A DNA stretch of 63,750 nucleotides, the filler included, from Asterionella formosa (lineage: Eukaryota), in the NCBI GenBank assembly GCA_002256025.1. It is 10 parts of 10 records of this genome, joined end to end, with 100 filler letters (N's around TTAATTAATTAA, not from the genome) between each part and the next. Parts side by side here need not be neighbours in the genome. Positions count along the whole stretch, not along the records: positions 36,797 to 55,089 come from NKIB01004097.1; positions 55,190 to 56,327 come from NKIB01004101.1; positions 56,428 to 57,564 come from NKIB01004102.1; positions 57,665 to 58,801 come from NKIB01004103.1; 6 more parts are not named here. One strand, 5' to 3'. This document shows, one piece after another, positions 46,728 through 58,300 of the stretch (positions within the stretch are counted from its first letter, which is position 1; each line of letters begins with the position of its first letter). Both the position numbers and the translations under genes were made by a program. A model generated the notes under the pieces. It worked only from the letters and a program-made list of their open reading frames with translations, was not told the DNA's origin and did not search any database.

Positions 46728-47702
46728 TCACAATTTACTGGTCAACTCTGGAACGGCGTCAAACAAATCCGTGACCAATCCATAATCCGCCACGTTAAAA
46801 ATGGGAGCATCTGGGTCCTTGTTAATGGCCACAATTGTCTTGCTGTCCTTCATCCCACTCAAATGTTGAATCGCCCCTGATATTCCGACTGCAATGTACA
46901 AGTCGGGCGCAACCACTTTTCCCGTTTGTCCCACTTGCATGTCGTTTGGAACGAATCCGGCATCGACGGCAGCTCGACTGGCCCCGACGGCTCCCTTTAG
47001 CTTGTCTGCCAACTTCTCTAACAAGGCAAAATTTTCTCCATTGCCCAATCCTCGTCCACCGCTTACAACAATCGAAGCCGTTCCCAAATCTGGTCTATCT
47101 GTCTTGCTGACGTGCTCGCTGACCCATTCTGATTTGTTATAGTCTGTGATGCCAGTCACCGCCATTGTGTTTCCAATTTCTACCAATTCAGCCTTGTCGA
47201 AGGATGTGGGGCGAATGGAAATCATTTTGAGGGAATCCGTCATTTGAACCTTACAAAGTACGTTTCCAGCGTACATGGGTCGTACGAAAGTATCCTGACT
47301 TTCGATGGTCAAGACATCCGTCACTGGCGAAACCCCCAACAACGCCGCTGCCCGTGGCACCACAGTTGAGCCAAATTTGGTATGTGCCGTGACGACGTGA
47401 CCATAGTAGTCTCCTTTGGAGGCCACGTGATGATGAATGGCAGCTGCCGTGGTTTCCGGAACTTTCGACGATGTCTCAAAGTAGTGCGTCGTGGCAATTC
47501 CCGTCGGGATCATGCTGGGCGCTACTTCGCCCACGACGAGCAAGTCGATTTGGTCGCCACCCAACAGCGCCGCCGCTGTCACGGCCGATTGAGTGGCAGC
47601 GACTCCAGTGGCGTCGGCTACAACCAATGTCGATGCATGTCTAGTACAGCATCTGGCTGCTGTGGCTGAGGCGAGGCGGAGAGAGCGAGCGGCAGAAAGC
47701 AT
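46728..47702 (-). CDS. ETFA: Electron transfer flavoprotein alpha subunit, mitochondrial
   Basis: Mitochondrial-type presequence MLSAARSLRLASATAARCCTRHAS, FVRPMYAGN, VVSGGRG, VGASRAAVDAG, QVGQTGKVVAPDLYIAVGISGAIQHLSGM, AINKDPDAPIF. Confidence 0.96.
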   Translation of the reverse strand: MLSAARSLRLASATAARCCTRHASTLVVADATGVAATQSAVTAAALLGGDQIDLLVVGEVAPSMIPTGIATTHYFETSSKVPETTAAAIHHHVASKGDYYGHVVTAHTKFGSTVVPRAAALLGVSPVTDVLTIESQDTFVRPMYAGNVLCKVQMTDSLKMISIRPTSFDKAELVEIGNTMAVTGITDYNKSEWVSEHVSKTDRPDLGTASIVVSGGRGLGNGENFALLEKLADKLKGAVGASRAAVDAGFVPNDMQVGQTGKVVAPDLYIAVGISGAIQHLSGMKDSKTIVAINKDPDAPIFNVADYGLVTDLFDAVPELTSKL

Positions 47703-48162
47703 CGTGATGGTTCAGTGATGCTACCAGGTACTACCGGTAAATTTATGTTGTTCTTTTGTGCACATCTACGTAATATGCAGTCTATCATCATGATATTTTT
47801 ATGTATATACTGTCAGAAAGTGCCATTACCAGTGGTATATCGGTACCCTGGTACCAACATACAATTTCACCGGAGCGCAGTAGAAGAAGCGCTTCGTAAT
47901 TACCGGTTATTCCTTGACACCCCAGTGACATCACTCCCGTGAAAGCATGGATTCGGTTGGAGGATATCCAAGACTGGACACCCGAGTGGATGCGTCGACT
48001 ATTTCATTGGGTGTGCGTTGGTGTCGCTTCACTATACTATAGATATGAGATATGCATTGGATGGGAATGCAACAATCGTTTGTGAACGCTACCAGGTACG
48101 ATCTGACATATCCTATACATGACCATAATTACATCGTCCTCCTCATCACAATAGCTTCAAAG
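47703..48162. promoter_or_regulatory. Putative bidirectional promoter between ETFA and the thiolase gene
   Basis: 460 bp between divergent ATGs. Contains ctaccaggtactaccggta and cggtaccctggtacc motifs. Confidence 0.55.
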
Positions 48163-49488
48163 ATGGCCTCTCGCCAACTGTCCAACATTTTCGTTGTCGC
48201 CGCCAAGCGAACGCCCTTTGGCAGCTTCGGTGGCTCTTTCAAAGGCGTCTCCGCTACTGAACTCGGCGCTGTGGCCACCACGGCAGCAATGGCGCAAGCC
48301 TCCATTGACCCCAACATTATCGACTCGGTGTTCTTCGGCAACGTCATTGCCTCCAGTAAGGACGCTGCATACCTCGCTCGACATGTTGGCCTCAAAGCAG
48401 GCATTCCTATTCACGCACCGGCGCTCACGATCAATCGCCTTTGTGGATCTGGCTTTGAATCGGTGATTCAGGGGGCGAATTCGATTAGACTCGGCGAATC
48501 AAACATTAACGTCTGCGGAGGAACAGAAAACATGAGCATGGCACCCCTGCAAGTCAACGGTGAACACGCCAGGTGGGGAGTGACTCTCGGACAGGGCATG
48601 GTGTTGGGGGATGCCCTTTGGGACGGACTCACAGATTCACATGCAGGTGTCCCGATGGGCGTGACGGCGGAGAACTTGGCGCTGCTCTATGGAATTACTC
48701 GAGAGGTTAGTGCTGTACTGTGCTGTGCTCGACACATCATGTGTGCTTCTGCTGTCTTTACTACTTACTATACAGTGTCATTTATCGTTCAACAACAACT
48801 AACTCATACATTTCCTTAGCAATGCGATGAATTCAGTATCCGCTCGCAGCAAACATGGGCTGCTGCCAAGGCGGCTGGTATCTTTGATCTCGAAATTGCT
48901 CCCGTACATGTCAAGAATCGCAAGGGGGGTATGGTTATCATTGATACCGATGAACACCCCCGCATCGAATCTACACTTGAGTCCCTAGCTCGCCTCAAGC
49001 CTGTCTTTTCAAAAGACGGGGTCGTTACAGCTGCAAATGCAAGCGGAATTTCTGATGGAGCTGGATGTATCATACTGGCAAGTGAAGCTGCTGTCAAGGA
49101 ACACAATCTCACTCCACTGGCAAGACTTGTTAGCTATGGTATAACGGGTGTGGATCCCACAATCATGGGCATTGGTCCAGTCACTGCCATTAGGCAAGCA
49201 TTGGCGAGAGCTGGAGGATTGACAATAGACGACGTGGATCGAGTGGAAATCAATGAAGCTTTTGCCGCACAGTTCTTGGCATGTGCAAAGGACTTGGAAT
49301 TGGACATGGCAAAGACGAATATTCATGGAGGCGCCATTAGCTTGGGGCATCCATTGGGAGCCAGTGGAAGTAGGATTTTGGCCCATTTAGCACATGAGTT
49401 TACGCAAAAGCCAAACAACAAGATTCATGTTGGAGCAGCATGCATTGGGGGTGGACAAGGGATCGCCGTGGTGATGGAGAGAGTATAA
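48163..49488 (+). CDS. ACAA2: 3-ketoacyl-CoA thiolase (ACAA2-like), 2 exons: 48163-48705, 48820-49488
   Basis: Intron 48706-48819 (gttagt...ctaac...ttag) is phase 0. Motifs AKRTPFG, INRLCGSG (catalytic Cys), TAANASGISDGA, EINEAFA, GHPLGASG and CIGGGQG. Confidence 0.93.
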
Positions 49489-49922
49489 TTGAACCCACAT
49501 GCTCCATCGTCGAATTGGATTGCTTATGTCCATTCGTTTTGTTCGGCATTCGTATTCGAAGTCTTGTAGGTATTAGTCGACACGGGTTATTACAAATCTA
49601 ATAAATATTTGTGATAAAACTGTGGAATGCTCATTTACGACGCGGAACAAAATGTAGGTTCGCTCAAACTTGGATATCGATTTCGTCGCGCTCATTGGTC
49701 AGACTATATTGCTGCGTGTGATCATATCTTATTAGTCAGTCGAACTATTTCTATGGAAAAACGAAATGCCATCAGTTCATGGAAAAGTGATTTTGCTAGT
49801 TCACAAATAGTCGGGGATTCCTGATATTGGTTTGATTGGTTTTCGTCCCCTTCATCGGTTGAAAGTAGACACGTATTAAGTCCCAGATCAATGTTATCAC
49901 TGAAGCAGGACCAGCACTTGTT

Positions 49923-52488
49923 TCACTGAAAAATTCTGGCTTGCTCCTGAAAGATAAACTCCGCATATTCGTATAGCTCCATGTCCCATTGATTGTTTGA
50001 TAATATCAAGTCCCATAGAGCAGTGCCCTCTTCCACCACTTCGTGACGATGTTTCAAAGGCCAGTCCCACTGAAGCTTCTTCTCGTGGCACTCTTTTACC
50101 CTGTCACCTTTCGGTGGATAACCAAAATATCTTTCAAATCGCGAGAACGATTCGCCTTTTTCCTTCAACAGTCCGACCAGGCACTTTTGTCGCACGATCT
50201 CTTTGGCAAGATTGACATCTTCCACGGTCAATTCGCCCTTCGTCAATTCATTTGTAAGGAATCGCGTCATCCAATTGTTTTCGGCTAGTCCGCTCTTGAA
50301 ATATTCCTCAATGGTCAAGTCCGAAAGCTCCTTTTGAAAACTTTTCCGTCGTCGCCACTTGGTATCTTGTACGAAATGAAAAAGGCTTACAGCTCGCTCC
50401 ACTGGATGCCGAAAAATAGAAAACATGCGACCCTTGTTTCTAGGCGAAAATAGCGTGGAAGCATGATAAAACTGAGTCGATATAATGATGTCGACTTTTT
50501 CTGACCCAGCCAAGTCTAATTCTTTTGCTCGTTCGATGCCTTGCGGTGTCGAAGTGTCAACATTCACGTACTTTATCTTGGAATCCCCTATGATTTGAAG
50601 CTCCTATAAAAGGTGAGATTATCTGAGGTCAGTTAAAATAGAAATGATAAATGAGAATTCCTAATCGACAATCGATATTCATGCGACTTACATTCGCCTG
50701 GCCTGCGCTCCCTCCTCCTCCAGCATCACTTGCTAGCGTGAGCGATAAGCATTCTCCGAAGATGTCATGAACAGTTCCACCTCCTGTTCTTGGGATGTGC
50801 CAAAAGAACGGTATATCGATTCCCTTCTTCACTGGCAAATCGGTTACATCAGCAAGAAAACCAAAATTATTAGGAAGCTCCAATGCCTCCACATGGCCAT
50901 TACTAGAAAATCTAGACAACTTCCCCCTGTTCGCATCGTGTACTACTGCAATGACTTCTTCCGTCGAATGATGAGCCATTCCTCCTCGAATCTTTCTGTC
51001 ACCTTGTCGATTGGTCATGCCGCCATCAACATTTTCCCGCATATTATATTTAAAAAGTTTTGTTGGCCGTCGATTCACCCGGCTTGTCAGTGCATGCATC
51101 ATTGCCAATCTCAAAATTAGCAACACGACCGTCATGGCACCAAAGAAGCCAAGGTATTTGAGGCCATTCTCATACCATTGATGTCGCTGTCTGCTTTGAC
51201 TAGCTTTGGCCTTGCCTCCTTGTTCCCCCATCAATTCTCCAAAGTAATCTTCTTGTTCCTCCGCGTTTTCTTGTTCTTCTTTCGCTTTTCTGTCTTTTTG
51301 GTGCCACGTGGTTGGAAAGACTTTTGCAGATATGTATCTAAGTAAGAGTCGAAACTGCGATAGAAAGGGTTCCAAAATTTTGGTCCATTGCATCATACTT
51401 CTCCGCCGAGACGATATGCGTCGCATAGATGATGTACTGTTCAGATACGCCTCTTCTCCTTTGGACCGATATGCGTCTGCTCGTATCGTATGCCCTGGTA
51501 CTTCTTGTGATTGCTTGGTAGGAGGTGATCGAAAAAGTGGATCATCTAATGATGGAATTTGTCGATTTTGCCGCGGAGCAGCGAAAGGTTGAATGGCTCC
51601 TCCACTTGTTGCCCTTTTTGCTGGACCAATCATATCGGCAATCTCGTCCAGCGTATCTGTAAATGACGTCTCGCCGAGTGAATACGACGTAGGGCGCGGC
51701 AAGGATCTACTTGTTCTCGATCCCTTGCTTCGCAACCAGGGATACGACCCTCGGCTTCCTTCCACGGTCGAGTCGTAAATGGATTGCGAAGTCACGGACG
51801 AAGTGATTTGCGAAATGGTATCATCATCTCGTTCTGCGTTGACAATCCCCCCAAACAAGGGCGCCTGTTCAAACGTAGCCGGATGCAGTGCAAGGTGGTT
51901 CAATGATGTAGTCTCAAGTATCATCCCATCAGCTCCGTCTACATATGAAGGAATTTGATCCTCAGCTAATTCACCGCGAGAATTTTTTCCAGATCTCGAG
52001 TGTGCGAGATTCCTAGAGTCGCTCCTTGAATTGGGCGAGAAATCGCGGTGTTTCCTAGAGTTGGACGAACTATCGTGCCGACTTCTGCTGGCGGCTGAGC
52101 CGCCTGACTTGTAAAAAGGCGCATCTTCTAAAGCGGAGGAGGATGAAAATCTATCTCTTTCCGAGCTGACTAATAGATTCAAGATATCGTCAATGTCATT
52201 TAGGTCGGAGGGGTCGTTGGAGACTCGTCCGTTGTCGCCGTGCACAGAGCCTCGGCCACCTGAACCCTTGTGATTCACGGTTCTAGTTCCCGACGAATAC
52301 TGATTTGCCGATGTGTATCCCGCGTTGCTGGAAGTGCCGCCAAGCATGTCATCCAGAAAAGCTAAATGCATATCATCGCTGTCCTCTTGTTTCCCTTGAT
52401 TTGAAGGTCCCAAGTCGTCGAATTGATCGCTAGAATTGGATCGCTTAGGCTGTCGTTGCGCCGTCGATGTTGTCTTCCATCGTGACAT
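49923..52488 (-). CDS. Type II membrane sulfotransferase-family protein (Sulfotransfer_2-like), 2 exons: 52488-50692, 50603-49923
   Basis: Intron 50691-50604 (gtaagt...tttatag) joins the exons in frame. TM helix LGFFGAMTVVLLILRLAMM, 5'-PSB-like PFFWHIPRTGGGT and 3'-PB-like FRHPVERAVS. C-terminal NNQWDMELYEYA. Confidence 0.85.
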
Positions 52489-54287
52489 GTCACTCAATCA
52501 AAGTATTATCAATGTGCACTTCAGCGATGGGATCACGATGTGGCAGCCTATTCGTTTATGATCAGCTCATACAATGACAAATAAAAGAAGCGCTCTGTTG
52601 GCCCATCCCATGGTCGTTTCTAAATAGTACATGTAATAAATGATGACCCTGATATAATAGTAGCTACATATATAACAGACAGGTCTCTACTCCATCGTGC
52701 ATATATGATAATGCCTGGCTGCTGCTGGCATACATACGTACTATACAATTTTGTGCATGGCGGATTCTTTCCAGCCCTCATACCGTTAGGCTGAATGGCC
52801 CAGCAGGCAGGGGTTGGGTGGGTCCATCACATCTAGATCATACAACAAATGTATTACTAGCATTATACCTTTTGGAAAAAGTCGTCCCCCTGTGTTTGAT
52901 AAACCCTTACCAGTACACCCCTTCACATAAATCTCAATGGATTTGGGGGTTTTGAAACATGCTAAGAAGGCTCTTATAATGCTAATCATAAAAATATAAA
53001 AAAAGTGTATTTAATCATTTGGAAGAAGTACCAAGTATATGAATTGTTCCCAGTCGCCCTGCAATTACCACATTCATTACCAGTTGCATATTCAAATTGT
53101 GACTTATCTCATTGATTAGCATGGTTGTCAGAGCCTGATGGGTGTCCATGCTTAAAACAGGGGGACACAATATCGACAAGGGAAAAACATCATCTTTTTC
53201 CTATTTTTATATTTTTTTAATAAAGATATGTAGCTACACTAGTACTACCTGTTGTAACATGATGACTTCAGGACTTCTGTATTCACTCTCACAACTTGCT
53301 CACTTTTGGCATCAATTGTAAAATAACTTATATCATGCTTTCAAAGACCTCGTCATGGTTACATGTGTTTCTTGTCTTGGTCGCTTTAGCTTATGTTTTT
53401 TCAGTTTGTTGCATTTGGAGTAGGGTGAGGAAGAGGACCCGGAGAATATTGATTGCTGTGTGCTGGATTCAATATGCACCACTGTTTGGCAAGTTGATCG
53501 CTTCAGTGCTAGGTTTCTTGTATGATTGTATTGCTAGATTGGAGATTATTGCCACTCTCATTTTGTTTTCTTTGGGTTTCATGGCTCATTTGTTCGTCTT
53601 GTGTTGTTGTCTTGCATTACTTTGCTTGTTTTGTCAAAAAAAATCAAAAGTCAACTCAAATTACATTGAATGGAAATTATACTGAAACGGAAGCAACCAA
53701 ACCAAGAATCACAAGAGATGCATGTTAATCCCAACAAGTTGTTTTTATTGAAAGCTGAATCACATGGCGGCTGAACACAGAATGATCGATTCCACTACCC
53801 AGGCAATACAACCAACCATCAAAGAATTGAAACCAAGCAATGGAACTGTCGATTTGGACGATTGTTGATATTCTGATACACCCAAAATAAGATCGCTGGA
53901 GTTCTAGGCATATAATAGCTAGAGGAGGTGGCAATCTATTTTTGTTACCAGTAGACTGGTCTACATCGACTATTCAACTTATACAATATACCGGTAATCG
54001 ATTATTGTTTCTGCGCATACATACTATACATACTACACCATTCAATTAGGAACAATTTTCTCTGCTTCATGAAAGTGAACTCCAGAAAGTTTGGGTGCAA
54101 ATATTCATAGTTGAACAGAGGAAGTACTGTTTATCAGGATACTTCACATACCTGTGCTTGTCCCCATAGCTTGAGGCAATCAATGAATACTTAAGTGCAT
54201 ATACCGGTGAACGACAATCCAGCTACTAAATATAGTACTAGCAGGACTTGAGAAGATCACATTTTGCCGAACAAAACTAATGTGGAA

Positions 54288-55089
54288 TCATCTACCATGA
54301 CCATTCTGTTCCATCTCAGCTGATTGCTCAATGTCCGACCTACTACGGCGACCCCGGTCTTGAATGATAAGAGGTTCACCTTCAAAATTCCCCTGGCCTA
54401 GATTCCAGCCTTCATTGGCAATTACTGCGCAGTACACCGCCAGCTGAAACCACTGATTGTCAGCGAGCCATACATCAATTGGCCCTTGGATTGGTATGTG
54501 ATGTTGAACAAGAGTTTTCGCTGCCCTTTTCGTTATAGCATAAGCATGCGTATGAAAACCATAGGTTGGCCGGTACAGTTTAATTTCTGGATCTAGTGGA
54601 TCTTCCCATCGCACTGAACGCGGCAATATGTCCTTGTTTTTAGTGTGGACGGTTGTCGAAACTGGACTTGCATTCACATACTGCCTCTCCCCACGACTTG
54701 AAAATCCAAGATACAGAATATCCCAATGGTCCGGAATTTTTTTCATCGTAGTTGCAAATGCTTTGGCAAATCTACTTTGCCCTCTATATGTTGCAAAGAT
54801 TGCATCGTCCTCAAGAATCAGCACTGAGCAGTCTTCTCCGCCGATAGTTGGATCTTCGCCTAATTGTCGCCAAATAGAAATGTGCGACAAGGCACACCCT
54901 ATTTCTCCGTGTGTCATGGACCGTATTCCAGGTGATGTTATTCGTCGACTGTATTTGGCGTTTTGAGTACAGTCCCATCGCACTACAATATCATCGTCGT
55001 CCTGCTTGTTCGTTCCATCTATCGCATCGAACCGTTCCAGCTTTCTGGCAAATGACTCGCCCACATTCAGGGCACGCTTCTGAATCATG
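54288..55089 (-). CDS. Glycosyltransferase family 25 (5' part lost at the contig end)
   Basis: ERFDAIDG, GEIGCALSHISIW, LILEDDA, WDILYLG, THAYAITKRAA and PIDVWL. Confidence 0.88.
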
Positions 55090-55189
55090 NNNNNNNNNNN
55101 NNNNNNNNNNNNNNNNNNNNNNNNNNNNNNNNNTTAATTAATTAANNNNNNNNNNNNNNNNNNNNNNNNNNNNNNNNNNNNNNNNNNNN

Positions 55190-56327
55190 ACAAGCGCCTA
55201 TGTTGCTACATTCTTGGGGAAGATGGAACCTGGAAAGGCGCGGTATGGGTGGTATTTCCGACACCACATACCGTATTTGGAGAGGGTGGGACCAAGCTTG
55301 GCACCTGCGGCCGCAGGCGCTCAGATAAACCCACCCGGATCCCCAACGCCCATGATACCACCAGATGGCTGTGGGACACCACTGGTGGTGGGCACCCTTA
55401 ACATCAACGGGCTGCAGCGGAAAAAAACAGATCTTCGGTTTCTGTTGCAACAAACCCGGTGTGATGTTATGGCGGTGCAGGAGACGCTGCTCCGATCAAC
55501 GGATTGGCAGCTTCGTTTGCCAGGTTACCATTGCCTCACAGCAATGGGGGACCTGACAGCGTCGCAGCGAGGTGTGGCAATACTGGTGTCGACCAAATTC
55601 AACTGTACCCCAGTTGGTAAGGCCACACCATTTTGGACTTTTGCGAGAGTCTATGGGGCCACGCTCTTGAGGCCTATTCTTGTGGGAACAATTTATGTCC
55701 CATGCAGAGCGGATCGCATCCGAGTGCTCAGGGCCCTGCCCCGAGCCTTGGACGCTCTACATCGGGAGTTCCCAGAAGATCCCATTGTGATGATGGGAGA
55801 CTTCAACATGAAGATGACGGAGTTGCAGATTCTGATGGGACCGTGGCGGCTTCCCTTTCGGGTGTTACCCATCCGAGGGGGGGCCTCCACTCGCCAAAGC
55901 CGGCGGGAGGGACAGCCAACACCTGCCATTGATTTCATCACATATTGTGGTGACACAGTGGCGGCTGTCCCCCCTGCCAGGGTCCTCGACACATGGGATA
56001 TTTCGGACCACTTCCCAGTTGTTGCGGACCTACCTGGGCTTACCAGAATCCCAGAGATGGGGATTGCCCCACCACGGCCGGAATCACTGTACCGGCGGAT
56101 TGTGATGGAGGAGAAGGAACTCAAAGTAACCGTGGCTAATAGTAATTATTGGCAGCCACTAGCTGACTCGCTGGAAGAGGACCTGGAGGATGTAATCGAG
56201 TGTTCACATTCACTCGAAAACCCCACCAGTTACCACCAGGAAAGGTTGGATGGTATGGCCAAGAAGTTCACTACAACATGTCACCAGGTGGCAGAGGACC
56301 TGAACCTCCACCAACGGGTGGCGGGAC
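55190..56327 (+). mobile_element. Non-LTR retrotransposon (LINE) fragment encoding an APE endonuclease
   Basis: The whole contig is one open frame. APE motifs GTLNING, AVQET, GVAILV, IYVP, MGDFN, IDFI and SDHFPV. More GC-rich than the host intergenic DNA. Confidence 0.88.
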
Positions 56328-56819
56328 NNNNNNNNNNNNNNNNNNNNNNNNNNNNNNNNNNNNNNNNNNNNTTAATTAATTAANNNNNNNNNNNNNNNNN
56401 NNNNNNNNNNNNNNNNNNNNNNNNNNNTAATGTCCTCCTCGCTTGCTCTTGACTGTTTGTCCATCTGTTTGCCCCAAATCGAATTTCCCTTTTCCTGGCA
56501 AAACGTCACTGTTCCATTTCTTTCTGTCTGTGCCACGAGCGAAACAGCGGCGGGTATACCGGTATGTCCTTTCGTAGCGCATGTACCTGTTTATTTACTC
56601 ATATACCGGTAGGTAGCAGATTCATGAGTTTATCGAATTATGCATATACAAAAATAATATTGTCGTCCTGCTTTCAGTTTACGTTCGTCAACCCATATTG
56701 TTATCTTCCTTGCTGTTGTGATTACTACATGTAGCGACAACGACTTCCTTAATTAGCCTACTCAGAACATCTTACTGATCCTTGTTGTAGTTTGAGGCAA
56801 GACGATAAGCGAACGAACA

Positions 56820-57564
56820 ATGTTGTCGTGGATTCCTGGACGGCCTTGTACTGGCGTTCGACGACGATGTAATTCAATGATTCAGAGCGCATTTGCGCAC
56901 TTGAACGATCACACTTCAACACTCAGAATACATGATGTCAAGACGAGACTATTGTGGAACTCATCATCTTCGCTGGCTTCCATCAAGAGACCAACAGAAG
57001 GAAAGCGACGGTATCTCCCCACAATAAGGACCTTGTCCACCGAAAATTCGTGTGCGGCCAAAGCTGTCATTAGCACCTCCAGCGAAGCTCTCCGCGTCAT
57101 GAACTTGGCCAATGAGTCCAAAATGCCACAAGATGCCGAACTGGCTGGACAGACATTACTCGAATTGACGTATCCCCCTGATGCCATGGCCTCCAACTCC
57201 CTGGAATCTCGAAGGGACCTGCACCGGTGCTTCTTAGTCGTGGCGTCGCTTTGTCTGGCGCACCCTTCACAGGTCCTACTTGGCTTGGAATTGACTCGAA
57301 GAGCGCAAATATTGAGTATACCCTTTCATTTGCCACTTTATCAAAAGCTCGTCACAGCGCTAGCACTGGAGCAGAAACCAGACCAACGAATTCTGGAAGT
57401 TGCATCTTGGGCTTGTCTGGCGCTCAACACCTCTCTCCAATCCAGCTTCTTTGCCGAGGCCATGGTGGCTCTTGTGAAGCAAAATCGCTTTCGAGAAGCG
57501 AGGGATCTGATTTTTGAGTTGAAGGAACGACATGACATTGAGCGCTTGGACGGATACACAACCA
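56820..57564 (+). CDS. 5' part of an uncharacterised helical-repeat (possibly PPR-like) protein with an organellar-type presequence
   Basis: A 248-codon frame open to the linker. Arg/Ser-rich N-terminus and PPR-like helices (LYQKLVTALA; FFAEAMVALVKQNRFREARDLIFELKERHDI). Confidence 0.6.
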
Positions 57565-57664
57565 NNNNNNNNNNNNNNNNNNNNNNNNNNNNNNNNNNNN
57601 NNNNNNNNTTAATTAATTAANNNNNNNNNNNNNNNNNNNNNNNNNNNNNNNNNNNNNNNNNNNN

Positions 57665-57746
57665 ACGCAATAATCAATGCAGCAGAGAAGCAAGCGAACA
57701 GCAGGCCTGTGAGGGCCAACGCAACTTGAACCTGTCCGTTTCTCAT
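57665..57746 (-). CDS. Probable gene start (signal or anchor peptide) cut by the contig end
   Basis: caaaATG gives MRNGQVQVALALTGLLFACFSAALIIA, which runs into the linker. A GGTACC cluster lies upstream. Confidence 0.45.
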
Positions 57747-57949
57747 TTTGAATAATTATGACTACATCGTCAACACTAAATTAGGAGCAGGGTTGGGAAG
57801 GGAAGGAGAGTAAACGCAGATTACCGGGGAGTCGACTGCATCGTTTCAACTCAGCTTCTCTCTTCCAAAGAGTATCGGTATACCGATAATACCCTACACA
57901 ACAAGCAGTCCAAGAAAATGGAGTCGTTGTGATCTATCATGATCCGTGT

Positions 57950-58300
57950 CCCGGTACCGGTACTCTGTTCTCGTTTCTTGGGTGTATGTATAGAGTTGTG
58001 ACCTACGGTTCGCCACAATAAGTACTGCATGCCCATAGAAAGTACCAGGTACCAGGTACCTGGTACCAAGTACTTGTATCTATGATCTACCTGGTACCTG
58101 GTACCCTATTTACGTACATACTTAAAGGTGGACTACCGGTATAACAGTACCGGTACGGTAGTGCAATTCACTAGGCTACCAGGTACTGGTACCTAGTACC
58201 TGGTACCACAGCTATACAGTACCTGGTACGGATTCCATGCATTGTACTCAGGTTGTTCTTACCAGCACGTCTAAGAAATGGTGGCACCCCGCCTGGTACC
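57950..58300. promoter_or_regulatory. Densest GGTACC/TACCGGTA/CCAGGTACCTGG cluster in the window
   Basis: For example gtaccaggtaccaggtacctggtacc (~58042-58067) and tacctggtacctggtacc. Confidence 0.4.

Noticed and set aside
48052..48162. N-terminal extension of the thiolase ORF (MHWMGMQ...)
   Set aside because: Thiolase similarity starts at MASRQLSNIFVVAAKRTPFG (ATG 48163). The upstream part looks like 5' UTR or promoter.
53296..53685. 129-aa hydrophobic ORF
   Set aside because: TTG start, T-rich low-complexity composition and no recognisable membrane protein family.
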